Below are positions 53,371 to 64,000 of a stretch of 64,000 nucleotides of DNA, in pieces. How positions within the stretch are numbered: position 1 is the first letter of the stretch; each line of letters begins with the position of its first letter. A program made the translations under genes and the position numbers. Origin of the DNA: Paraspadella gotoi (taxonomy: Eukaryota; Animalia; Chaetognatha); the NCBI GenBank assembly GCA_051294375.1, contig CM119266.1:16672087-16736086 (forward strand), read 5' to 3'. Under the pieces are notes generated by a model. It saw nothing but the letters and a program-made list of their open reading frames with translations. It had not been told where the DNA came from and ran no database searches.

Positions 53371-56300
53371 TCAACCAAACATTGCATTAACAGTTGCCCC
53401 AGGGACATTGTATATAAACAAAAAGATTAGCAAACCAATGAGGCCAATCACCAGCAGCCCGAGGATGACTTTTTTAAATCTACGCAAAAACACGAACCAG
53501 AAAGACTTTAAGGGCATCAAAAACCAAGAGTAGGACGTTTCAGGCCGAATAGGTTTGTCCAAGGGTTCCGGCGCTTCTCTCTCCAGTCCAACGGGCTTTT
53601 CCTCGGCCTCGGCAAGTTCAACAAGATGAAATTCGGCCTCCAGCTTTCCCGTCACTGACGTCGTCAGTTCTCCAGTTTCCTCATTCTCCTTCTGCTGTAT
53701 GCAAGGCCACCAGCCTTTCGCCCTTTTAACCTTGAAAAGATTGAGGAACTTTACCTTGGTACCCTCGACTGTATCCAGCACACATTCGACAGCACTCTTT
53801 GCCGGTCGTGGCATTTTCTTCAGGTTCATGATGAGGGAACCGATGAAGTCGTCGCCTAACAAGTCGAGGTCCCAGACTTGGAGGTTAAGACGGGCTGGGA
53901 ATTTGAACTCAGTTTCATCGAGGTCAAAAAGTGAGGCTTTCTTACGGACGACGATCCTTTCTTCAGCAACAAAGTAGTCAAATTGAAACTTGAACCTCCA
54001 GTTAAAGTTTCCCTCACCAGTAAGGGACATGTAGTGGACATCGGTTGATTGTGGCTTATCGTCAAGAACCCAGCCTTTAACATAAATATCAGCGGATTTT
54101 TGGCCTGTTAAAAAGTTGTAATCTGTCAATTCTACATCTTCAGTATTCCATATTATGCATCTCAGCTCATAAGTTTTTGGCTGTCTTGGCTGCACGTCAA
54201 CTGGATCTGGAACAGCTCTGTCCATGGGAAATACATCAAACCACATTTCAACTCGCCCCTGTTCGATCCCCGGTTTAGTAGGTAGATACAAGGCACGGCT
54301 TTCTACATATTCGGGCACTAGTTCAAAACCGCCAAGTTTCTTGTTTTTCCACTTTAACAGAACTTCTAACGCTAGGCATTCTTTAATTGTGGCAAAGCTT
54401 ACTTTATTTTCCTCATCATCAAAATTATATTTATCTTGGTCAAGTTTTACTGCGCCAAACCCATTTATCTTGATTGAATTAAGTTCATAAACAGGTTGTT
54501 CCAAGTTAGCATCTTTGCACAGTTTTGAAAGGATCTTGGTTGGCATGGTTGAGTCACGCCATTGGTTGTACCCATTTCTGTCAAACTTCTGTGAAATTCC
54601 ACAGTAGGCGCGGTGACGACTATAGTAGCGTTTTTCAAGGTCAACTTTGGTCTCACCAATTAAATCATTGGAGCCAATAGCATCCCAGTCATAGATTTGC
54701 ACTGTGAGCAAACTTTCTTGTGGGAACATTGCCTCCATCACAAAACACTTTCCAAAAATTGGATTCAAACTCTTTGCCACATAATTGGCTTTTGCAGAAT
54801 CATCACTAATGTTACCCAATTTAACACTTGGGTAAGGATCTGCCTTTCCAGATATATCTGCTGGATGAAGGTTGCTGGCTTTTAAAATGTACGCAAAGAC
54901 TTTAACTTTTTTTTGATCATTTATAGGAATTCCTCGGCTCGGACGCAGAACCATTGGACCAAATCTATTTCGAATCTCTTCATTGTCTTCCCATAACTGG
55001 AATGAGTCATAATCAGTAGGATCGATAATCCACTCGGGTAATTTGTATAGCTTAAAGTTTCCTTTGAATTTTCCACAAAATCGATTATCTGAGCTATTTT
55101 CATCTTGATTAGCTTTTCCTCGATATAGTTCAAAGGTTCGCAAAACATCATCAAAATTGGAAAATTCTGGCTGCTTTTCTAGCTCTCCAGGATAAATTTT
55201 AATTTTACATATTTTACTATCCTCCTCTTGCTTCGATATTGTGCTATAATTGTCATCATCCTCTTTTGCAAAAGCTTTATTTACAAATGCATACTTATTG
55301 GCTACTTCCTCTTTAGTTTTGCTCAGCATGGTCAAAGCAGTATTTTTCAAATTTTTACTGCCTTTAGTATCTGTAATTGTGCTAAGCGGTAGTGATTGAA
55401 TTGATTGCCGCGACTTGCGCCGAGCTGACATTCTTCTGAAAGATTCTTCTCTAGCCAAATATGGAGCTTCCGCATTTGGATTGAATTTATTGTGTTCTTC
55501 CTCCAATAAAGCTATTTTCAGTTCATTTTCTTCATTTTCAATTTCTTCATTTGGCAAGCTGACATCGTCAATAACGCCGTCATCCAAATTGTACAAAGTT
55601 TCATAATACTTTGACCACCAATCCAGGTCTTCAGTTCCATCCTCGATTGTCTCTTCTAGTTGCTCATTTTTTCTACGAGACATTTCTGTCTCGTCAGGAA
55701 CTTCAAATGGTTCAATATCTTCTGTTTCATCTTCAGCATCCAGCAATATGTCTTCCGAAACACTATTGATGTCTCCTAATTCCCATGAACTTTTCAGACT
55801 AAGCCATCTGGCTTTAGCTGTTTCCAATTCACTATTAGACAATTCTTCTTCAAGCTGAATATGAAAAAGTCCGACGGACTGGACAATGTGCGTTCCCACA
55901 AGATCATACCTGCCAAAGGTTTTTTGATCAACGCATTTTATTGTTAAGGGTGGACAAAACGCAGTGTCATCTGGTAGTGGAACATCTAAATAAGTGATGA
56001 AATCAAGATGATTAAAATTGGGATTTTTGACCATGTCATAAATAGATTCAGAATGAATAACCTCTCCTGCACACTCAACTATTATCATTGGTCTTCTAAC
56101 ATTTGAAATAAATCCCATTTTTACATCTCGAATTCCCCAAAATAAAATTTCCAATCTGTGCCAAGATGTACATGGCCGAATAGTACTTGGAAGGGGTAGT
56201 TTTTTTTCTTTTTGTATGTTAGTAATTGGTGGAAAAAATTCTAATGCTGGAAGTTGGTTTACTTTAAGTTCGTCTTCAACGTAGCTTGGAGCAAGCTGAA

Positions 56301-58606
56301 ATAATTCAAAAACTGCCAGAAGATCACCACCAGGTGATTCTCCTCGTCTGATAGGATACCATTGCAATTTTGGTGGAAACACAGGCGGGGAATAAGGTTC
56401 GTTGTAACCCTTGACAAAAGGCTGACAAATTACTCGCCCAAGAAAATCATTAGTTCCAACTTCGTCATGATCAAAGATCTCAATAACAATCGCTGGTGGG
56501 TTTTGTTTCATTGACTCTATTGTACCATACATAGTTAAGTTCTGGAATATGAGAAGTTGATCCCAAATAGGATTGAGGTTTTTGTAATCTATATCTGTTT
56601 TCTGCGTTGCATTTGCAAAACAAACCCAACAGTATGGATCAGAAAGCCCCGATTCATCCATCCCTAATAAATTTCGAGCTTGGTAGAGATGAGCCCTTAG
56701 TTCATAAGTATTCAACACTTCATAGTCAACATATAAAGGAGGATTTGCGGACTGCTTTAATTGTGCATCAAATATTTGGTCTGTTTCTTGATAACCCTGA
56801 GGTAAACCTGCCAAGAAATGTGTTTTGTGCCTTCTCAAACCTAGCCATAAATAGATTTGAATTCTAGCATGTATTGACCAACCTCCTTGCCCAATGCCTT
56901 GAACTCCTGGAAGTCTCAAAAAGTAAGTATGTACTTGGCCACACTTTGGTCCACATTCAAGCGGGTTTATAGAAAAAATTATATCTCTCGCGGGAATACG
57001 CACATAGGCGGCCCGTTCTCCACTTGCTAACATCCAAATAAATATGTCTGGTAAATCGTCCTGAGGCTCGGTGACAATACTGTTTAATTTTTGATAAAAC
57101 TGCGTTATTGACTTTCTTTTTTCCAGAAAATTTACCGGCTTTACAGTTACTTTCAACGTTCTTGCCATTGTCGCCACATATTCGAGCTCTTTCTTTATGA
57201 ACTCTCGTCTGTTTTTGTCTAAGGGACTCCTTCCTCGAGACTGTTTAAGATTTGAGCTTATAATATTGGCGGCTTTGCTACAGTCAGTACCTATGTCATC
57301 TAACATTCTGACTAATTTTTTAGTCACCCTCTCCAGAAATATTGATTTCGTTTTCGATATCTGCATCTGTCTACCTTCCTCGGTCAAATCGTCATTGTAA
57401 ATCTTAAGCTTCTTTACAACCGAAGTCAACATGTTTTGGACGTACATTCTGGCTCTTTGATCTTCCCAGTGGCTTCTAATGTAGACGCATGGTTTTTTTT
57501 CTTCCCAAGGTACGGAATAGTAAGACTTGTCAGTCGTCACGGTCCTACTTCTTGGAGTCAGGCTTTCCCAGGAATCTTTAGCCTCTCTTTCTAATCCAGA
57601 TTGAGAATCCTCATTTTCACTGTCTTGGCTCTTTGTTTCTTCCTCATCAGCCTCAGAATCTGTCATAGTGACCTGTAGGGCTTTGCCTTCAGCCACCGCT
57701 GATGGATTGTAACCATCGACATTGTTACCAGCATTGCCGACGCTCATTTCAAAGGCAATCGCTTTTCCAGCGTGACTTTTGTGAATCATGGAAGCGTCGA
57801 AGAAGCAGCCAAAGAGGAAAAACTCGTCGAGGATTCCAACTTGCCTCTCAGGAGCATGTCGACACGGCTCCCTCTCTACATTGACACCATCATGGTCCAT
57901 TGAGTCACAGACATCGACTTTGACTTGGATCAAGATTCGTCCGCGATAGCTGACACCATCGCCATAGCCATAATTTAAGTAGAGGTTCTCATCCTCTGAA
58001 ACCGAGAAGGTTCGCGACGAGCCGTACAAGTTTATGTAGGTTGGGCCAAAGGTTGGCAGCCAGCCATTGTATTGATTGTTCATAATGGTCTCGAGAGTGA
58101 GGTAGTGCGTCCCGATGCACTCTTCTGTTCCGACATTATCATAATCAAACAGTTGGAACTTAATTCGTCGACAGAGGGATGGAAATAACTCGGTAAACAC
58201 GATTTGTTCGTTCCATTCTGGAGTGTAAGTGTTTTTCTTGATTGTAGTTCTTTTACTAATACCCGCAAAGGAGACTTCCACAAAAGGATCGACTAAGTCT
58301 TTTGCCTCTCCCGAAAAAACTTTCTTGAATCCCTCGACGACTCCCTGGTCCATCTGCGGCAGACCATCTGCCTTGAAGATCCTCACAATGTACTTGGCCA
58401 TGTCCTGGGTGGGAGACGCGAATAGTCCTTCAGGCATTAACAGATTGCTCTCTATCACATCCCCTCCGTCAACTGGTTTGACTAGAGAATCGGGAGGAGC
58501 AGACTGGATCCCAAAACCGCTTAACTGTATGTCGATTTTCATGAACCCAGAAGGTCCCGAGTTCAAATCCGTCGGGCAGTGCAGCATGATCCACTTTTGA
58601 AAATAT
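53371..58606 (-). CDS. otof: Ferlin terminal exon 8 (5236 nt; end of C2B through FerI, C2C, FerB, C2D, C2DE, C2E, C2F, TM, stop)
   Basis: 1738-aa uninterrupted ORF in the track. The acceptor tttttatcAG|A at 58606 joins in phase 2 with exon 7 to give GHRYFQKWIML. TGA stop at 53373-53371. Confidence 0.95.
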
Positions 58607-58682
58607 CTGATAAAAAATCGAAAAAATAGACTGTAATATTTAGAGAAAAAGAAGGAAAACAGAAAGAAAGAAATATAGAAAG

Positions 58683-58745
<63 letters not shown>

Positions 58746-61400
58746 CCTTTCTTCCCCTGAAACGAAAAATATAAACCTAACGACTTGAGGAAAACGTAAA
58801 CATTCGCCCTGAAGAAAAAAAAGGTTTTTTTTGTATCTTTTTCTTTTATCGAGTTTTTTTCTTTCTTGACAGGCTACGAAGTATTCCTCCCCCTTTTTCT
58901 CTATCTCTCAATATCACTCTCTCACTGTCTCTCTTTGTCTTTATCTCTCTCTCTGTCCCTAAAAAAAATTCACTTTTTACCGGTGACCATTGGCGTGGTA
59001 GACGGTCCCAATGTCGATCTTACACGTGCCCACAACCATGGGCGGTTTGAAAGGATTTTTGGGTTTGTGGACGACTCCTATGGTGACGACCCTATCCAAG
59101 ACAGAGCCAAAGGGCATGACGAGATCAAAGGTGAAGAACTCATTGAAGTAGGGCTGGTTGGTTCCCATCTGCTTCATCGTCGTCTTCTTGATTGGGCCGA
59201 GCTGGACAAAGGCAATGGGGTTAATGTTGGTGCCACGGAGGTGACGGCACTCGATCACGGCGAGGCTAAGTTGGTAAGGGTGCCGCTTGAGCGGCGACCC
59301 TTCCGTGATGGTCATGTCTTTTCCGGCGTCGACCATCCGGCCGCCGATTCCTCCGATTCCGCCGATAAGATCGATCTCGGGTCTTCCGTCGCCGGCGGCA
59401 CCCTCGAGTCGAGAATCGAGCGAGCGACCCTCGAGGTCGGCGTCGCCGTCGCCCTCGGCGTTCTCGGGAATCATCAAGGAGGAGGTGACGAACTGGCTGA
59501 AGTCACGATCGGTCAGAGCCTTTTTCTGCTGTCTGAAAGGGGAGGAAAATACAATTATATATTATATTGGTTGTACCGATTTCATAATTTGAAATACGTA
59601 TACGAATGATAGAGGCCTTAAACCACCAAAGCCTGTCCAAAGTCAGGGGCAAGAGATATTATTTATTAAATGAATGGATAATTTTTTTATATTGGTTGTA
59701 CCAATTTCATAAACTTACCTAAACACTTTTTTTCTCAGATGCTCACCTTTTAGTGAAGACCAGTGCGTCGTCTTCCGCGGAACGGAAGAGGATTCTCGTC
59801 GTGTCACTCTCATCTCTTCCTCCTCTTCTTCCTCTGTCAGTCCTCGGGAAGGAGCTCTTCCTCCTTTTCTCTTTTCTCCCGAGGCCGAGTTTTCGGGCGA
59901 TCGTGCCGACCCCGCCGCCGATTCCTCCACCCTTGGCGATTTTGGTGTTCGCCTGATGTCATGTATTAATTTACTGATTAGGCTTATGAAATATTGCTGT
60001 CCTTTGCAACATCAGCACTGACCCCTCAAGATAACGTGCACAGATTTAAGCACGATTCTGATCTGTTCTTCGAGAATTATAGAAAGTTGAAAATAAAAAA
60101 AAAATTAAAAAATAATAATAATAAAAATACAAATATAGAATTTGTAATAAATAATTTTAATAAAATAATAAAATCTAAATCTTAAAATAGTGAAACAAGA
60201 TAATCACATTTTTTTTTTCGATTTGAGCTTTCGATTATCTCCAATTGACTTGGACCTGAATCAATGTATCCTCTTCGTCGAACGCGTCCGAGATTTCGTC
60301 ATCTTCCAAGGCGCGTCGGTGATCGGCCATCGCCATGGCAACGGGGTCTGGGGTAACCCCGCTCGCGTCATCGATCTCGTCCTCTGAATCGGATTCTTCA
60401 AAAAGAGCGGCGGTCGTGCCCTGCCTTGAGTTCGAGGGGGTGATCAGAGTGTATCAAACATGTGTACTTTGAAATTCTAAAAAGAGTCGAATCCATATTT
60501 TAAACTCACTGATTTTGTTTTTTCCAATCATCGAACTTTCCTTCCGGCGAAATGTAGTTCACAATGAAGGTGAGTTTTGCCGGAATCATGTTGTGTTGGG
60601 CATCTTGAAAATTCTCCGTCATTTTCATGTATCTAAAAATTAAAAATTTTAAAAATTATTATTCTCGAATTTCAACGCTCGGTATTTTCAAAAAAGACAA
60701 ATTATGTACGTTGTAAATTGTACAATGCACGTACTAGTTTCGTGAAAAGACTTCATTTTTTTTGCTAAACAATTTCGAACGAACCCATCGATCATGAGCC
60801 GCTGAAGGAACATACTGAACAGCGCCACCGTCCTTTTACCAGAAAATCTTCTTTCCTGAATGATTTCGATGCTGAGAACTTCTTCCTAAAATGTTGTTGT
60901 TGCCACGTTTAAAAGAATGATTCTATTCATATATTCAATTTATCAACAGTTAAACTTTCTCGATGCCATCGACCGTGACACTGTCCTAGTTTTGTATCAT
61001 CACCTGATCCAACGCTCTGGCTATGGGCCATTGAAATTCTTCATCTATAACGATCACAGTTCTGAAATGTGACGAAAAATAGCATGAGCCTGGGATATAT
61101 AATATGTACGTCACTAATGCAATGCATACTTTCTTAAAAATAAATAGCAATATGCGTTTAGATTCGAAAATATTATTGTTTCACTAAAATTCGCTTTACA
61201 AATTAAAGAAACAGAAATAAATAAAAATTTGGCGGTGCTCACTTGGTGGCCTGAGAGGGTCCCTCTGCGACGGGCTGTTGGATGATGTTGGTGAAGAGTT
61301 TGGAGTGATGGGGAAAATCGCGAAACTTGACGCGGGCAAAACAACTGCCTTTAGAAACGTCAAGTTCCTGGATTTTTACCAGCTTTAGAAACAGCGCCAT
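53371..61400 (-). CDS. otof: Otoferlin-like type-2 ferlin (multi-C2 domain, C-terminal TM anchor); 8-exon model, ~2200 aa
   Basis: Hand-spliced model with GT-AG introns and consistent phases: exons 61400-61243, 61061-61004, 60885-60785, 60632-60510, 60424-60256, 59952-59747, 59532-58981, 58606-53371 (6603 nt). The N-terminus MALFLKLVKIQEL...ARVKFR...DEEFQWPI...LQRL resembles otoferlin C2A (MALLIHLKTVSEL...AKVTFR...DETFRWPV). Further motifs: FerI (IESNLLMPEG), C2C (DLVDPFVEVSFAG), FerB (EPQDDLPDIFIWML), C2D (RAHLYQARNL..D.SGLSDPY), WWSKYY, C2E, C2F (YELRCIIWNT..DVHY.SLTGEGNFNWRF), KGWWP, and the C-terminal TM. No DysF domain is visible, hence type 2. Orthology (OTOF versus FER1L4/FER1L6-like) is inferred, not tested. 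Confidence 0.9.
58981..59532 (-). CDS. otof: Ferlin exon 7 (linker + C2B)
   Basis: Encodes YQLSLAVIECRHLRGTNINPIAFVQLG..KKTTMK..TNQPYFNEFFTFD..VVGTCKIDIGTVY, a ferlin C2B. Acceptor cctttcAG at 59533, donor GTAAAA at 58980. Confidence 0.88.
59747..59952 (-). CDS. otof: Ferlin exon 6 (C2A-C2B linker)
   Basis: Acceptor catcAG|, open frame ANTKIAKGGG...DDALVFTK, donor AG|GTGAGC in phase 2 matching exon 7. An alternative donor AG|GTAAGT lies at 59719. No homology support. Confidence 0.55.
60256..60424 (-). CDS. otof: Ferlin exon 5 (acidic linker)
   Basis: GC-rich open frame QGTTAALFEESDSEDEIDD...DEEDTLIQ. It needs a weak AAG acceptor (ctcaAG|G) and a CAG|GTCCAA donor, so the boundaries are uncertain. 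Confidence 0.45.
60510..60632 (-). CDS. otof: Ferlin exon 4 (end of C2A)
   Basis: ttttAG|A..YMKMTENFQDAQHNMIPAKLTFIVNYISPEGKFDDW..|GTGAGT; resembles the C-terminal strand of otoferlin C2A. Confidence 0.75.
60785..60885 (-). CDS. otof: Ferlin exon 3 (C2A)
   Basis: ttttAG|EEVLSIEIIQERRFSGKRTVALFSMFLQRLMID, resembling otoferlin [30 protein letters not shown]. Donor GG|GTTCGT, phase 2. Confidence 0.75.
61004..61061 (-). CDS. otof: Ferlin exon 2 (C2A)
   Basis: tttcAG|..TVIVIDEEFQWPIARALDQ|GTGATG; contains the F.WP motif of ferlin C2A. Confidence 0.75.
61243..61400 (-). CDS. otof: Ferlin exon 1 (start codon, C2A N-terminus)
   Basis: ATG at 61400 (AGCATGG context), MALFLKLVKIQELDVSKGSCFARVKFRDFPHHSK..., donor AA|GTGAGC. 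Confidence 0.75.
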
Positions 61401-61559
61401 GCTCTTTTGTTATTGTTTAATCGTTTTTTCTCTTCGCTTCCACGACCATTTAAAATAGCGAAAAATATCTACGCTTTCGACTTTTTGGTCGAATCATTTT
61501 TTGGCGTCTGGATCGAAGACTAAGAAAGAAAAATAAATCGTTATTAGATAGTAGCGGTT

Positions 61560-61625
61560 CTGAACGAACTTCGCCCCGCCGCGACGAACCTGTCAACTAA
61601 CTTTATAACCGCCACGCCCTTCGAT
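61560..61625 (-). promoter_or_regulatory. Candidate core promoter of the ferlin gene
   Basis: On the minus strand: GGGCGTGGC (KLF/Sp-type) immediately followed by TATAAAG (61607-61601) and a GGCGGGGCG GC box, about 200 nt upstream of the ATG in a CpG-rich patch. Confidence 0.35.
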
Positions 61626-62736
61626 CGACGCGACTCCAGAAGTCGTCGACCCTCTATTTCGCGTCGGATTAGAAATTGCAGTTTGTTTGTTCAACTTTTT
61701 TATTTTGTTGAATTTTTTTTCCCGTTGTCAGGAAAATTGAAAATTCGACTTTTTAAACTTTTGTTTGTTCCCCTTTTGATATTTTTCAGGAGCAAACCAC
61801 TCGAACATTTTTTTTTTAAAGGAGCTCGAAAAAATAAGGGAAAAATTTAAGAAAGAGCGTCATGTTTTTAAATTTTATTATTTACATACCGATAATTAAA
61901 AATTCAGCATATCCGTTAGAATTATGTACATAAGGAGTGTAAGTACTAGGTACGTAGTCAGCCACCAATCCTTTTTCCCTACTTTTATTCTTTCACCCTC
62001 ATTAATATAACCGTATGTCCCCTTAACCCTTTGTTCGAGGCTTTCTTGTTAAAGATCGCCCAGTGACTCGTTGTTATTGTAATTAGGCGGCACAATGCAT
62101 TTCGACCAGCAAAAATTTCTAAGTATGTTTTTAATTGAAATCTAGAGAAGAGTCACTTCTTTTAGGTCGTTAACAACGTCGTCGTCGTCATCGTCGTCAT
62201 GGTCGTCGTCGTAGTCATCGTCGTCGGAGAATCAGGGCGGATCCATAAATTCGCTCGCTCTGAATTCGAAGGAGGCGAAATCGTAAAATTAAAAAAAAAT
62301 ACACCGAAAGCATTGTGCTTAACTGCTTATGTATAATTTGATTTTCTTCAGGGTTTTGAATTGTTATTAACAAATGACATTGTAAATCAAAAAGAAGCAT
62401 TGATGAAGACTTGCGTACAAAGTCGAAACACGTCGGCTCAACTATAAATAAAAATCGTTGTCGTTAAAGAAATTCTTTTTCTCACTAAAGATTAAAAAAT
62501 GGAATAAATCAACACAAGTCCTTTTTTTGATTTTTTGATTTATGAATAAAGTCATTCGCAACAATGCGCCGACCGCGTTGTTTTTCCCGAAGTGTGGTCT
62601 CTCGTTTTAAATTGTTACGGCGTCGTAAACAAAGAAACTTTCTTTACTTTTGAAAGGCTCCTTGGGAAAAATGTGGCAATAAAGCATAATTGGACTTTGA
62701 AAGAGACAATAATTGCTCCTTTTTTTCTGAGAGAGA

Positions 62737-62814
<78 letters not shown>

Positions 62815-64000
62815 CACTAGGGCAGTTTTTCGTTGAAACGACCGAAAAAAGTCAATCAGAAATTTGTTTTCAAATGAAATTAATTCGCTCAAAACGCGAA
62901 CGAGTGACGAAAGAAAAGAGCGACGCGGAACACAGTTTATTTTTATTCTTGTTTTTTTTTTCTTTGAATTCACGAATTCTGGGTCACGTGACCGAAGACT
63001 GGATAAAGAAGAACCTGAGCAAACAAGCGACTTATTCGAGTCGAGGGGAATTCGAGATCCTCTATTAGAATGAATACGATTAGCGTTAAAAAAAAAAATT
63101 GCAAAATTTTTTTTTGAACGCGAATTGAGCGTTGAGAGTGAAAAACGACAATTCAACGAAACTAGAGCTTAATCTACTTTAAATGTTCTGTGCAGCCTTT
63201 TCAATATGTTTGCCTTTTCAAGTGTTTAAACAAAATGATACACCAAAAAAATTTTTAAAAAACGAAAGGAATTATCGCCTTGCGATGAATTTCTGTTCTC
63301 CTTCGGAAGCCTCTGAATCTGCTGAGCTCGCAATATTAAAGAAAAAAAAATCTTATCTCATTTTCTTTCAAAATTTAACAGACGAAACAATTCAGCTTCT
63401 TGGCAGAACTAGAAGATAAGGTTATCTCAATCTTGGTCTCTCAAATATTTATTCAATGTTTAAAAAAAATACATTTACAACTTAACAATTTTTTAAAAGC
63501 TTTAATTCTTAATTATACTTCGTTTTTTTTAAAAAGATTTTGTTTTTATCAAAGTTCTATTCCTCGTTCCACTCTCACATACCATATTTTCACACACTCC
63601 CTCTCTATACCACCCCAATCTTTACCCCCTATCTAGCTCCCAAAATTTCCATCTCCTCTCTCCCCAACGCCGCTCGTTTTCTTCGCCATTCTCGTTGAGG
63701 TCAAAGTTCAAGCGATTTTCCTTCTTATCATCGGAGTTTCGCTGTCGCCGCTTGATGACGAGTGGATTTTGGACGAGACGCCGCTTTTCGTCCTCCGGCT
63801 CTGTGTCCTCGCGTGTATTCCGACCGACGTTGCTTCTCTATTGTTGTTTTGTCTGTTTCGTTTCGTTCGATTCCCATTGGCTCAGAAGGGAACCCATCAT
63901 CCCAAGCGCTGCGTTCCATCCACAGTCCTAACTACTTCCCTCTGCGTTGGCAAAGCGAAGACCGTCCTATGGTAACCGCGCCAGTGACAGGAGGCGTCAC

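Noticed and set aside
58866-59609. 247-aa plus-strand ORF and other ORFs overlapping the ferlin gene
   Set aside because: Antisense shadows of GC-rich ferlin coding sequence, starting in CT-repeat intron sequence; no domain features.

Overview
Eukaryotic (invertebrate-metazoan-like) genomic DNA: AT-rich, dense in (AG/CT)n, (CGA)n and (ATT)n microsatellites, with five N-gaps. One protein-coding gene is well supported, a minus-strand type-2 ferlin (otoferlin-like). I reconstruct it by hand as 8 coding exons (61400->53371, about 2200 aa). Seven short 5' exons are followed by one 5.2-kb intronless terminal exon. The remaining ~52 kb is mostly non-coding. It holds a Helentron-associated (HINE/DINE-1-like) element that encloses a Ty3/Gypsy RT fragment and a 1.1-kb foldback palindrome, a second HINE, a TA-flanked MITE, a near-perfect 159-bp hairpin, and a tRNA-derived SINE family with apparently covarying RNA structure. 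It also holds a 70-bp tandem array flanked by an 8-bp direct repeat, an ~81-bp minisatellite, and a ~6.2-kb tandem duplication that looks like an assembly (noisy long-read gap-fill) artefact. Nearly all short ORFs in the supplied track are microsatellite or low-complexity artefacts. There is no CRISPR array, rRNA or intact tRNA. All coordinates and family calls come from manual reading, with no database searches.
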